From assembly GCA_046539845.1 (NCBI GenBank), contig JBKHGE010000001.1, positions 62,001 through 126,000 on the forward strand: a stretch of DNA of 64,000 bases, read 5' to 3'. Under the pieces are notes generated by a model, which was given only the letters and a program-made list of their open reading frames with translations, was not told the DNA's origin and made no database searches. Both the position numbers and the translations under genes were made by a program. Positions 48,995-58,802 of this stretch are shown here, in pieces; within the stretch, counting starts at the first letter, position 1; every line of letters starts with the position of its first letter. This DNA comes from Desulfonatronovibrionaceae bacterium (GTDB taxonomy: Bacteria; Desulfobacterota; Desulfovibrionia; Desulfovibrionales; Desulfonatronovibrionaceae).

Positions 48995-51991
48995 CTAAAA
49001 ATCCAGGGGCGTTTTCCAGGCCCGGACCAATTCTTGTATATCCGCCTTAAACAGGGCCTCCCCGGCCCAGCCAAATTCCAAACCACTGGCCCGGGGCGTG
49101 GTTTTGCCGATGGCTGCGAACGGCTGCCCGACGAACAAGGCCTCGAATTCCGCGATGTTTTCCGGGTGCACACAGGCTATGATCCGGCTTGCGGACTCGC
49201 TGTACAAGATGCGGTCCGGATCGGTACACCCGCTTTCTGGCACAGCCTCCAGATCGATCCGGGCCCCGATGCGGCCGCCGATGGCCATTTCGGCCAGGGC
49301 CACTCCCAGTCCTCCATCCGAGGCGTCGTGCGCCGCTGTAACCAGCCCCCGGCTGACCGCCCGATAAAAGGTACGGTAGCGAAGCCTTGCGGAGACAAGG
49401 TCCACATGGGGCACTCCAGCGCATTTTAGACCGAACTCAGAGGCGAATTCACTCCCTCCGAGCTCGTCCCGGGTGACCCCCAGGACATAGATCACCTCGC
49501 CTATTTGCTTGAAGTCCGATGACAGGGTCTTTTCCGCATCCGGGATAACGCCCATGACTGTGAACAGCACGGTAGGAGGAATGGATATCTTGGTCCCGCC
49601 CCCGGTGTAGTCGTTTTTCATGGAGTCCTTGCCCGAGACACAGGGGACCCCATACCCGCGACAGAAATGGGCCAGGGCCCGGCCGGCACGGACCAGCTGG
49701 GCCAGCTTGAAGCGCCCGTCCGGGGTCTTTTCCGACTGCACCGGATCACACCAGCAGAAGTTGTCCACTCCAGCCATGTAATCGACATCCCCGCCTGCGG
49801 CCACACAATTACGCACTGCCTCATCTATGCAGTTGGCCATCATCCAATAGGTGTCCAGGTCGCTGTACTTGGAGCAGATCCCGCAGCCCACGACCAGGGC
49901 ACGGGAGGAATTCAAATCCGGACGAAGGACAGCTGCATCCCCCGGTCCGTCCCGATCCCGGCCCACAAGGGGTTTGATCGTGCTGCCTCCCTGGACCTCA
50001 TGGTCGTACTGGCGGATAATATATTCCCTGGAACAGATATTCAGACGGGAAAGCATGGCGGCCAGAGTGGCCTCTCGCTCGAAAACCGCCTTTTCCGGTA
50101 CGGCAGTTAGAGGCTTTCGCATCGGGGCCTTCCATTCCGCCTCCAGCTCCATCTGGGGCACGCCGTGGTGCAAAAATTCCATTTCCAGACAAGCCACCGG
50201 CTCCCCGGCATAGGTAACTGAAAACACTCCGGAGTTAGTGAAAGTCCCCAAGATGGACACCTCCACGTCCATTTCCCGGGCCAGACTTAAGAACTCCTGG
50301 ATATGTTTTTCCGGCACGGCCAGGGTCATTCTCTCCTGGGCCTCGGACAAAAGTATCTCCCACGGCCGCAGCCCGTCGTATTTCAACGGAGCCCGGGCCA
50401 GGTCCATTTCGCATCCCCCGCAGTCCTCGGCCATCTCCCCGACAGAGGAGGACAGGCCTCCGGCCCCGTTGTCGGTGATTGCACTGTACAGTCCTAGATC
50501 CCGGGCGCGGATTATAAAATCGTACATCTTGCGCTGGGTAATGGGATCACCGATCTGCACGGCTGTGGCCGGCGATCCCTCGTGCAGCTCCTCCGAGGAA
50601 AAGGTGGCCCCGTGAATACCGTCCTTGCCTATTCTGCCGCCGGCCATGACAATTTTGTCCCCTGAAGACGCCTTTTTCTCAAATCCCGGCCGGCCGTTTA
50701 TCCGGGTGGGGATGGTGCCCACCGTGCCGCAAAAGACAAGGGGCTTGCCCAGGTAGCGGCTGTCAAAGACCACCGCCCCGTTTACCGTGGGTATGCCGGA
50801 CTTGTTACCTCCGTGCTCCACCCCTTCGCGCACCCCCTCCATCACCCTCCTCGGATGCAAGAGCCGTGGGGGCAGGGGTTTGTCGTAAAACGGGGAGGCA
50901 AAACAGAATACATCGGTATTGCACAGGAGATTGGCCCCCAGTCCGGTGCCCATAGGATCGCGATTGACCCCGACTATCCCGGTCAATGCCCCCCCGTATG
51001 GGTCCAGAGCGGATGGGCTGTTGTGCGTTTCCACCTTGATGCACACATCCAGCTCCGGGCTGAAGGTGATCACCCCGGCGTTGTCCTTGAATACGGAGCG
51101 GCAAAAATCGCTTTTGGCCTTGTTTCTGCGGATATCAGCCGTACTTGCGGCCAGATAGGTATCAAAGATGCTGTCTATCTCCAGCTTTCTGCCGGTATCC
51201 CCATCCAGGTAATGGATACGGGCGTTAAAAATCTTGTGTTTGCAGTGCTCGGACCAAGTCTGGGCCAGACATTCCAACTCGGCATCGGTGGGATCGAATG
51301 ATAAACCCCGCGCCCGGCGCATCTCCCGAATCCGGGGCAAGGAGAAATGCTCCCGTATGCGGCGCATCTCCGGAAGAGAAAGGGCCAGAACCTTGCTTCG
51401 GCTTAAATCCAAAAGCTGGGCGTCCGAAAGACCTTCCAGGGGTACGCCTTGCACCTCGCTTACCGCCCGGCCGGTGACCCGAGGCTCAACAACTGAAAAA
51501 CCGCCTGTCCTTCGCCATTCTTCGGACTCTTTGTATTCAAAGCGGTGGATGAGCTCGTTGGCCAGAAGATCGCCGGCAATGCGGCGCACATCCTGTTCGC
51601 GCAAGCTACCCTTTAAAAGAAATTGCTCCGAGGTATACACCGCCAGATCAGGACAGCTCTCTTCGCTGAACTGCGACAGCATGCGCAGGGCCGCAAAGGC
51701 GGTCCGACCCTCGTTGTCCGTGACTCCGGGCTTAAACCCCACTTCCACCGCCCAGTCAAAATCCCGGGCCAAAGGGGAGGCAGAGGCGAGACTGAGCACT
51801 GGATCGTGCAGGGCCTGGCTGGAGATTATCTCCTCAGCTGCAAAGGCATCTATTCCGGCTACAGTGTATACCTTTATCAACTGCACCTTTTGCACCGGGA
51901 TCTGCAAATCCCTTTGCACAGTGCGGGTGATCTTCTCCCCGCGCACATCCCGCACTCCGGGGCGCAGGCCCACTTCTATCCTAAAAGCCAT
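48995..51991 (-). CDS. purL: Phosphoribosylformylglycinamidine synthase, synthetase subunit (long form, no glutaminase domain)
   Basis: QTWSEHCKHK, KVETHNSPS, DGIHGATFSS, DNGAGG, SEAQERM, SGKDSM. Confidence 0.95.
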   Translation of the reverse strand: MAFRIEVGLRPGVRDVRGEKITRTVQRDLQIPVQKVQLIKVYTVAGIDAFAAEEIISSQALHDPVLSLASASPLARDFDWAVEVGFKPGVTDNEGRTAFAALRMLSQFSEESCPDLAVYTSEQFLLKGSLREQDVRRIAGDLLANELIHRFEYKESEEWRRTGGFSVVEPRVTGRAVSEVQGVPLEGLSDAQLLDLSRSKVLALSLPEMRRIREHFSLPRIREMRRARGLSFDPTDAELECLAQTWSEHCKHKIFNARIHYLDGDTGRKLEIDSIFDTYLAASTADIRRNKAKSDFCRSVFKDNAGVITFSPELDVCIKVETHNSPSALDPYGGALTGIVGVNRDPMGTGLGANLLCNTDVFCFASPFYDKPLPPRLLHPRRVMEGVREGVEHGGNKSGIPTVNGAVVFDSRYLGKPLVFCGTVGTIPTRINGRPGFEKKASSGDKIVMAGGRIGKDGIHGATFSSEELHEGSPATAVQIGDPITQRKMYDFIIRARDLGLYSAITDNGAGGLSSSVGEMAEDCGGCEMDLARAPLKYDGLRPWEILLSEAQERMTLAVPEKHIQEFLSLAREMDVEVSILGTFTNSGVFSVTYAGEPVACLEMEFLHHGVPQMELEAEWKAPMRKPLTAVPEKAVFEREATLAAMLSRLNICSREYIIRQYDHEVQGGSTIKPLVGRDRDGPGDAAVLRPDLNSSRALVVGCGICSKYSDLDTYWMMANCIDEAVRNCVAAGGDVDYMAGVDNFCWCDPVQSEKTPDGRFKLAQLVRAGRALAHFCRGYGVPCVSGKDSMKNDYTGGGTKISIPPTVLFTVMGVIPDAEKTLSSDFKQIGEVIYVLGVTRDELGGSEFASEFGLKCAGVPHVDLVSARLRYRTFYRAVSRGLVTAAHDASDGGLGVALAEMAIGGRIGARIDLEAVPESGCTDPDRILYSESASRIIACVHPENIAEFEALFVGQPFAAIGKTTPRASGLEFGWAGEALFKADIQELVRAWKTPLDF

Positions 51992-51993
51992 GT

Positions 51994-54492
51994 TCAACCC
52001 CAAACAATCCTGTTTCCGCCCGCTTCCTTGGCCGCATAAGCGGCCTGGTCCGCCCGCTTCAGAAACAGGTCCCTGGTTTCGTTCTCGGCCAGCACGGCCA
52101 ATCCTATACTCAGGGTGATCTCACCCTGGAAATGGTCGTCAAAGTTTTTCCACACCCTTCTGGCCAATTGCTCCAAACCCTGTTTGGTGGTGTCTGAGGC
52201 CAGAATAATGAACTCATCCCCCCCGTAGCGGCACGGGGAATCAGTGCCGCTTCTGGATTGGGAGAGCATCGTGTCCGCCAAAACTATAAGGGCCTTGTCC
52301 CCGGCCTGATGACCGTAACGGTCATTGAATTCCTTGAACCGATCCAGGTCAAAGAAGATGACCCCCAGTTGAGAGCCGGTGCGCCAGGCCCTGGTCACCT
52401 CCCGACGCAGAAATATCTCCAGCTGCCTGCGGTTATAGACATTGGTCAGCCCGTCGAACACGGCTTGACGCTTGACCTTGTGTTCCAGACGCCGGATGGT
52501 GGTCAGATCACGGCCCACCACCAAGTAGCGGGGTGCCTCACCGCTCAGGCGGGTGACTATAAGCTCCAGGGACTTTATCTCCCTTCCGGAATCAAAAGTG
52601 ACCTCCAAGGGGGAGGACGCTTCTTTGAAGAGTTCCGGACCCCAGTTCAGGGGGATGAATCCGGCCGGAGCAGCGGTCTCAAAGAGATTCTTGCCCACCA
52701 GCTCCCGGCCCAGATTGGGCGATGTGTACATTATATTCCCCCGCTCATCCACAGTAAGGACCACGTCCTGCATGCTTTCCATCATGGCCTGCATAAACTC
52801 CCGCTGCCTGAGCACATCCGCCTCCAGGGTGGAGATGGAGGAAATGTCCTCCAAAAGGGCCATGATCTGAACCGATCCCTCCAGGGTCACCCTGTGGGCC
52901 GCAATATGCCAGCACGGTTCACGGTGCTGATCCGGGATCAAAGGGCAGAACAGGCGACTGTATCTCTCTGTTTGCCGATTTAAAAAGAGTTTCCACTCCG
53001 GATCCTGGACAAGTTCTTGGTGGACGGGCAGGACGCGGATGAACTCCCTGCCGGCCAGATCGGCCTTCTGGCCTGTGAAATCCTGGAACACAGGATTGGC
53101 CTGGACGATTTTCCCCTGCTGGTCCAGCCGGGCCACCCCCACAGGCAAAAGATCCATCATTTCCGCCTTCCCGCCCAGATCCCGCCTGTACAGGAAATAG
53201 ATCTCGTAGGAGCGGGCCAAGAGCCGGAAATACAAAAAAAGATCCCGATTGCACGAAGAGGGCAGGTTTTTCTTGTCCACCCAGAAGGTCCCATAGAATT
53301 CCGAGGCGGTCTTCAATTCGATCCGTATTCTTCCCGGATCCATTTCCTCTTTGAGCCCATCCGGATGGGCCACTTCCCGATAGGTACGCAATCCGGCAGA
53401 AGAATCATATTCAAAAAGATGGTACGCCCCGGTAAGGGGGGATTTCAGCACTGCGGCGAATCTAGACACCGACCACAGCCAGTACAGCTGGGTGGCTGCA
53501 TGGAGCAGGACCTTGTCCACCCCTCCTTTTTCCTGCTCGATGCCCTGGGTCAGAAAGTAAAAATCCTGAATCTTTTCCAGGGGGCATTCATATACCCGGT
53601 CCTGGCATTTCTCCTCGCCGATTCCCAAAATGGAGCATATTGTCTTGAACCTGGAAACGACCTGGCTCCGCAGCCGCTCAAAATCAATATCCGGCAGATC
53701 GGGGATACTGCTTATAAGGGAGCGTAGCTGCAGGATGCCGTTTACATCCTTGTACTCGGACAGTTCCAGATCCGCCCAGTACGTCCCTATGACCACGGCT
53801 TGTTTCCCGGGTCCCACTTTCTCCAGATTCTCCAGGTCATGATGGTCCTCAATATATGCGCAGCTTTGGGCGGGAAAATTCCAGTACTCCAAGAGACGGC
53901 GGGTGAGTCCGGTATGATCCATGCCCCAGGCGGATTTCTCCTTTTGTATCTGTCCCGGCTTTAAACGGATAAAATCCGCCTCCCCCTCTGGGCAGACCAA
54001 CTGCCGGGCCTGTTGCAATTCTTCCTCATCAAAGAAACAGATAAGCAGCAAAGAGAGGTCCTTGAGCAGCGCGGCTATATACACCTGCTGTGCCTCCCGG
54101 GGGCATATCTGGGCGGCGATCAATTCCGCAGCCTCCGCAGTCCAGACTATCTTGCGCCAGTTTATGAAATTGAGTTTGTAGCCTTTCTTTTTGCTCATAT
54201 TGCGAAAAAAAACAGCGGAAACAGTCAATTTTAAGATCTCGTTGCTTCCCAGGAGCACTACCGCCCGCTTCAGATCAAAGACCCTTTCCTTGGGGGCATA
54301 AATGGGAGAATTGGCCATGGAGAGCACCGTGGCGGTCAGGCCGGGGTCGGTCCGGATATAGGAGGCGATATTGGCGAAGTCCGGATCGGACTTGGACACT
54401 TCCTGGACAAGGGCGCTCATGCTAGGCGGGAAAGAGGCCTTTAAAACATTGCGCAGCGAACTCTGGATTTTGTGGATTATCTTGGCTGGCAT
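51994..54492 (-). CDS. HDOD-PAS-PAS-GGDEF diguanylate cyclase
   Basis: DPGLTATVLSMANSP (HDOD), two PAS-like segments, DGLTNVYNRR, DLDRFKEFNDRYGH, RYGGDEF. Confidence 0.9.
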   Translation of the reverse strand: MPAKIIHKIQSSLRNVLKASFPPSMSALVQEVSKSDPDFANIASYIRTDPGLTATVLSMANSPIYAPKERVFDLKRAVVLLGSNEILKLTVSAVFFRNMSKKKGYKLNFINWRKIVWTAEAAELIAAQICPREAQQVYIAALLKDLSLLLICFFDEEELQQARQLVCPEGEADFIRLKPGQIQKEKSAWGMDHTGLTRRLLEYWNFPAQSCAYIEDHHDLENLEKVGPGKQAVVIGTYWADLELSEYKDVNGILQLRSLISSIPDLPDIDFERLRSQVVSRFKTICSILGIGEEKCQDRVYECPLEKIQDFYFLTQGIEQEKGGVDKVLLHAATQLYWLWSVSRFAAVLKSPLTGAYHLFEYDSSAGLRTYREVAHPDGLKEEMDPGRIRIELKTASEFYGTFWVDKKNLPSSCNRDLFLYFRLLARSYEIYFLYRRDLGGKAEMMDLLPVGVARLDQQGKIVQANPVFQDFTGQKADLAGREFIRVLPVHQELVQDPEWKLFLNRQTERYSRLFCPLIPDQHREPCWHIAAHRVTLEGSVQIMALLEDISSISTLEADVLRQREFMQAMMESMQDVVLTVDERGNIMYTSPNLGRELVGKNLFETAAPAGFIPLNWGPELFKEASSPLEVTFDSGREIKSLELIVTRLSGEAPRYLVVGRDLTTIRRLEHKVKRQAVFDGLTNVYNRRQLEIFLRREVTRAWRTGSQLGVIFFDLDRFKEFNDRYGHQAGDKALIVLADTMLSQSRSGTDSPCRYGGDEFIILASDTTKQGLEQLARRVWKNFDDHFQGEITLSIGLAVLAENETRDLFLKRADQAAYAAKEAGGNRIVWG

Positions 54493-54501
54493 AAGTTTAC
54501 T

Positions 54502-55482
54502 TTAATGATTCCTGTACAAAATAACATCAGTTATCATTTCCAGAATCTTTTTTTCCTTTGACTCCGGAAAGTTCAACAGTGCCTCGCGGCCCCGCTGAAT
54601 ATAGGCGCCCGCCTCTTCGCGGACTTGGTCCGCAAAACCGCATTTTTGCACCTGTAAAATCAGGTCCTCTCTCTCCTCCCTGGTAAAGCTGTCCGCAGCC
54701 AGCTTGGCCAAAAGAACGCTTTTTTCTTCCTGTTTCAAGGAGTTCAGGTACAGAATAAAGGGAAGAGTCAGCTTGCCCTCGGCCAAATCACCGCCCAGGG
54801 GCTTGCCCGAGGTGGAAGAGTCCGAGGTGTAGTCCAGGGCATCGTCCACCAGCTGGAAGGCGATGCCTATATTGAACCCGTATTCGCTGCACTCCTTTAT
54901 CCGTTCCTTTTCCGCTCCGGCCAGCATGCAGCCGCATTTGCAGGCTGCCTGGATAAGATAAGCGGTCTTGCCCCGGATGATCTGCAGATAATTTTCCCGA
55001 TCCAGATTGGGCTTGCGCATCCAGAAAATTTCCTCGGTTTCACCGCTGGCTGTATGCAAAAGGGCCTCGGATACGCATTGAGTAAGCCTAGCATCCCCGT
55101 ATGCGGCCACTATCATATTGGACAGAGCGAGCAGGGCGTCTCCGGCCAGCACGGTTCGGTCTAAACCGAAAATCAGATGGGCGGCCTTCCTGCCCCGGCG
55201 CAGGTCCGCGTTATCCAGGATATCGTCATGGATAAGCGTGGCTGAATGCACGAGTTCAAAGGCACAGCCCAGATCATACTCTTCCCGGGAGTCCAGTCCG
55301 AAACAACGGGAACAAAGAATAGTCAAAAGCGGCCTGAGCCTTTTTCCCCCGGCCATCAGCACATGCTCGGCCACTTCTCGGACAAGCGGATTCAAATCCC
55401 GGATCTGTCGCTCCAGGACCTGGTTGATCACAGGGATTTCCCGGTGGATGTATTCCTGGATAAAATTTGCCGGCTCAGACAC
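54502..55482 (-). CDS. Polyprenyl diphosphate synthase
   Basis: GGKRLRP, HDDILD..LRRG, GKTA, FQLVDDALD. Confidence 0.93.
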   Translation of the reverse strand: MSEPANFIQEYIHREIPVINQVLERQIRDLNPLVREVAEHVLMAGGKRLRPLLTILCSRCFGLDSREEYDLGCAFELVHSATLIHDDILDNADLRRGRKAAHLIFGLDRTVLAGDALLALSNMIVAAYGDARLTQCVSEALLHTASGETEEIFWMRKPNLDRENYLQIIRGKTAYLIQAACKCGCMLAGAEKERIKECSEYGFNIGIAFQLVDDALDYTSDSSTSGKPLGGDLAEGKLTLPFILYLNSLKQEEKSVLLAKLAADSFTREEREDLILQVQKCGFADQVREEAGAYIQRGREALLNFPESKEKKILEMITDVILYRNH

Positions 55483-55595
55483 TTTGAACTCGATATGTTT
55501 GCTTTAGAATTTCCATGCTACCATCTGAAACAGATTAACAGAAAAGGGCCTCAAAAATCCCTGCCCAGCCGGACCGGTAACCGGGGCAGTGGTGA

Positions 55596-56390
55596 TCAAC
55601 GGCCAGGAGGCAGACAGGACTGAAGGAGCTCAAGGGACCGCCTCCCGGATTCACCCATCCGCAAGGAAAACTCGTTTACATAGGCAGTTATATGCCTGTC
55701 CACGACCTGGGCATCTGTCTCTTGGGCCAGACTCTCAATCAAAGGCCTTATATTTTGCGGTTTATGGCGGGCATAGTCAATACTTCGTCTAATGGCCGCC
55801 TCAATGCTTTCCGGACCCGGTTTTCCTCTAACGGCCACAATACACCCCAGGGGGATGGGCAGGCCGCCGGAAAACTCTGCCCACCATTGGCCCAGATCCA
55901 GATAGAGTTCAAAGCCGCATTCTGTGTATACCAGGGCGGTTTCATGGATAAGCAGCCCCCCTTCCGCCTGGCCGTTTAAAATCGCTTCCGGTATGCGGTC
56001 AAAGCGCATGGGTAAGGGGGTAAAATCTCTTGCGAGCGCAGCTCTAAGCAGGGCGTAGGCCGAGGTATCCAGGCCGGGAACAGCGATGCTGGACGGGGTC
56101 CGGGCAAGGCCGGGTTTTGTGACCAGCTTGGGACCGTGCTCCAGGCCAAAGGCCCCGCCGCTTTCCAGAATAGCCCAGCACTGCGGCAGCCGGACCGCGG
56201 TAGCCGCAGAGACCTTGACTGCCTGCAGCCCGCCCTTTTCGGCTGCTTCATTCAAAGTCTGGACATCCTCCCACCTGAACCTAGTCCGGCAGCCGGGCAC
56301 ATCATCGATAAGCCCCAATATCCAGGCGGCAAATATATAGGAATCATTGGGACAGGGGGAAATCCCCACATTCAAAAGGCGTTCGGACAT
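55596..56390 (-). CDS. mqnD: 1,4-dihydroxy-6-naphthoate synthase (futalosine pathway)
   Basis: SPCPNDSY, DVQTLN, LLIHE, DLGQWW...LPIPLG, HITAYVNEFS. Confidence 0.92.
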   Translation of the reverse strand: MSERLLNVGISPCPNDSYIFAAWILGLIDDVPGCRTRFRWEDVQTLNEAAEKGGLQAVKVSAATAVRLPQCWAILESGGAFGLEHGPKLVTKPGLARTPSSIAVPGLDTSAYALLRAALARDFTPLPMRFDRIPEAILNGQAEGGLLIHETALVYTECGFELYLDLGQWWAEFSGGLPIPLGCIVAVRGKPGPESIEAAIRRSIDYARHKPQNIRPLIESLAQETDAQVVDRHITAYVNEFSLRMGESGRRSLELLQSCLPPGR

Positions 56391-56435
56391 AATATTGATC
56401 TCTTTCGGAATCAATGCAGACACGATTAGGGCCGG

Positions 56436-57110
56436 TTAAAACCGGGCAAACATCTGCACCCCTGCCCGGTGCAGGGATTTAAAGGCCCGGGGAAAGTCCC
56501 AATCCTTTTTTTCCCGCGAACCGGCCACGTTGGACACCGATCTGACCTCCAAAAAGGGGATATCCAGTTTAGCGGAGACAAACGCCAGGGCAAAACCCTC
56601 CATATTCTCCATTTTGGCCGAGTACCTATCCCTTAGTTCAGCAGCCATGCGTCTGGTTCCACTGACTCCGGAAACGGTCAAAAAAGTCTCCCGCGGCCAG
56701 TCCGGGGGCAGCATGACGCCGCCCCACCCGGCCCCGGCCACCGGATCCAGATCCAGGGTTTCGTATATCTCTTTTCCCTGTAAGTTGACCAAGGGAAAAT
56801 TCAAACGGCGCATCTCCAGCCCGGTGTCCGTTCTGATTCCCAGCTCGGGCCATATCTCGCGGTCCGCCAGGGCTAAATCCCCCAGGGCAAGGCGATTCGG
56901 GTCCAGGGAGCCGGCAATGCCCACATTCAGCACTGCGGAAACCGGATGCGACTGCAAAAACGCAGACAAAGTCGAGGCAGCGTTTATTACCCCAACCCCG
57001 GTACTCAGACAGAAAACCTCCCGACCATTAACAACCGTTTTGGCCAGGACATCCCCGGTCCCCAGAAAGGCGGCGAGTTCTTTTTTTGTGGCCGCGGTTA
57101 CAAGGAGCAT
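56436..57110 (-). CDS. mqnB: Futalosine hydrolase
   Basis: VTAAT..E, GVGVINAA, GIAGS, TVSGVSG, ENMEGF, EVRSVSN. Adjacent to mqnD. Confidence 0.9.
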   Translation of the reverse strand: MLLVTAATKKELAAFLGTGDVLAKTVVNGREVFCLSTGVGVINAASTLSAFLQSHPVSAVLNVGIAGSLDPNRLALGDLALADREIWPELGIRTDTGLEMRRLNFPLVNLQGKEIYETLDLDPVAGAGWGGVMLPPDWPRETFLTVSGVSGTRRMAAELRDRYSAKMENMEGFALAFVSAKLDIPFLEVRSVSNVAGSREKKDWDFPRAFKSLHRAGVQMFARF

Positions 57111-57328
57111 CCTGGCTTCACCAAAAGGGTTACTTTATCCCCGTGCACATCGTAGCAGTCCACCCGGGCCTGCATATGTGCGGCAAGCGAGCGTACCTTG
57201 GATTCCTGTCCGGGAGTACATATGACCCGCATTATGCAGTCAAAGGGCATTTTGTTCAGATACTCCCGTATCTGCCAAAACCCGTTTCAGCAGTGTTCAC
57301 GGCAGTCCACCAGATATGCAAAGGACAT
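57098..57328 (-). CDS. Putative selenoprotein, TusA/SirA-like, 76 aa, with Sec at codon 14 (TGA 57289-57287)
   Basis: My translation: MSFAYLVDCREHC(U)NGFWQIREYLNKMPFDCIMRVICTPGQESKVRSLAAHMQARVDCYDVHGDKVTLLVKPGCSL*. GGAGG SD 7 nt before the ATG, fills the gap between two genes exactly, SECIS-like hairpin follows the TGA. Confidence 0.8.
57245..57283 (-). promoter_or_regulatory. Bacterial SECIS-like hairpin
   Basis: mRNA after UGA: AAC-GGG-UUUUG-G-CAGAUAC-GGGA-GUAUCUG-AA-CAAAA-UG-CCC. Perfect 7-bp apical stem, G-led tetraloop starting 20 nt after the UGA, and a lower stem. Confidence 0.78.
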
Positions 57329-57329
57329 A

Positions 57330-58646
57330 TCAAAGCCTCCAGTAGCCGAATTTCTGCCCTTCCATCTCCTTTTTACTCAGCCGACCCCTGACATCTATCA
57401 GCATTCCACTCTCCGGGTCCCGGAACATGGCCGCGGCCTGCTCGGCACTGATTGCAAATTCGCTATGGGCAACAGCAACCACGACCGCATCCAGCTCCCG
57501 CAGATCTTCTGCCGCACACAGCTCAATCCCGTACTCCGCGCGGGCCTGTTCGGGATCGGCCAAGGGGTCGTGGACCACCACCTCCAGGCAATAGGACTCT
57601 AATTCGCGGATTATATCCACCACCCGGGTATTGCGCAGATCCGGGACATCCTCCTTAAAGGTCAGGCCCATGACCCCCACGCGGGACCCGCTGATCCGGC
57701 AGTTGCGCTTGATCATTTCCTTTACGGTCCGCTCGGCCACAAATTTGCCCATATAATCATTAATGCGCCTACCGGAGAGGATAACCTGGGGATGATAGCC
57801 CAAAGCCTCGGCCTTGAAAGTGAGATAATACGGATCAACCCCAATGCAGTGGCCGCCGACCAGCCCCGGCGAAAAAGGAAGGAAATTCCATTTGGTCCCC
57901 GCAGCCTCCAGGACCTCTCTGGTGTCAATGCCCATTTGATCGAAAATAAGGGACAGCTCGTTCATAAGGGCTATATTCAGATCCCGCTGGGTATTCTCAA
58001 TGACCTTGGCCGCCTCTGCAGTGCGGATATTCGGGGCCCTATGCACCCCGACTGGGATGACTGCGGCGTAAATCCCGGCCAGAAATTCAGTCACTCCGGG
58101 CTCCTGGCCAGCCACTACCTTGACTATATTCTGCAAGGTGTTCTTCTTGTCCCCGGGGTTTATCCTCTCCGGGGAATAGCCTACCCAGAAATCCCGGCCG
58201 TTTATAAGGCCTGAATGCTCTTCTAGCCTGGGCAGGCAATCTTCTTCAGTGAGTCCGGGGTATACTGTGGACTCGAAGACCACAGTGCAGCCGCGGCGCA
58301 TATTTTCCCCCACTATGCGGCAGGAGGAAAGGATCGGCCCCAGGTCCGGTCGACGATGCTGGTCAATGGGTGTGGGCACGGCCACTATGACCAGACCGCA
58401 TTGACCAAGACAGGCTGGATCCGAGCTAAATACGCATTCTGTTCCGCGCAGGGCCTGCTCGTCCACTTCCCGGGTATGATCCAATCCTTTCCGGAGCTCA
58501 TCCACTCGGGACTCGGAGATATCATAACCCAGAACCGAAAAACGCCCGGACAGGGCAACAGCCAGAGGAAGTCCCACATATCCCAGGCCGACAACTGCTA
58601 TCCTGTCCCGGCCCTGGAGAAAATCCTCTATTTTGAGATCAAACAT
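57330..58646 (-). CDS. Nucleotide-sugar dehydrogenase (UDP-GlcNAc/GalNAc 6-dehydrogenase type)
   Basis: GLGYVGLP, VPTP, ESTVYPG, YSPERINPGD, KVIENTQRD, GGHCIGVDP. Confidence 0.93.
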   Translation of the reverse strand: MFDLKIEDFLQGRDRIAVVGLGYVGLPLAVALSGRFSVLGYDISESRVDELRKGLDHTREVDEQALRGTECVFSSDPACLGQCGLVIVAVPTPIDQHRRPDLGPILSSCRIVGENMRRGCTVVFESTVYPGLTEEDCLPRLEEHSGLINGRDFWVGYSPERINPGDKKNTLQNIVKVVAGQEPGVTEFLAGIYAAVIPVGVHRAPNIRTAEAAKVIENTQRDLNIALMNELSLIFDQMGIDTREVLEAAGTKWNFLPFSPGLVGGHCIGVDPYYLTFKAEALGYHPQVILSGRRINDYMGKFVAERTVKEMIKRNCRISGSRVGVMGLTFKEDVPDLRNTRVVDIIRELESYCLEVVVHDPLADPEQARAEYGIELCAAEDLRELDAVVVAVAHSEFAISAEQAAAMFRDPESGMLIDVRGRLSKKEMEGQKFGYWRL

Positions 58647-58802
58647 CTAAAGGCTCCTTGGATATTGGGCGGAGTGTGTTCTACTTAAAGGATCTGCACT
58701 CCTTAATACGCTCGCAGAAACGAAAAAACTTGCTTTGCGGGCCGTGCAGGGCAGGGGAGACAAGGCATGGACAAGCCGGTCCGGTAAAGTTAAGAAACGC
58801 CC

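Noticed and set aside
57245..57283. Hairpin read as an intrinsic terminator
   Set aside because: No U-tract follows it on either strand, and it lies mid-operon right after an in-frame UGA. A SECIS fits better.
57086..57602. + strand ORFs 57086-57391 and 57198-57602 as the gene filling the gap before mqnB
   Set aside because: They run antisense to the operon, overlap neighbouring genes and show no motifs. The - strand UGA read-through frame fits the gap exactly.
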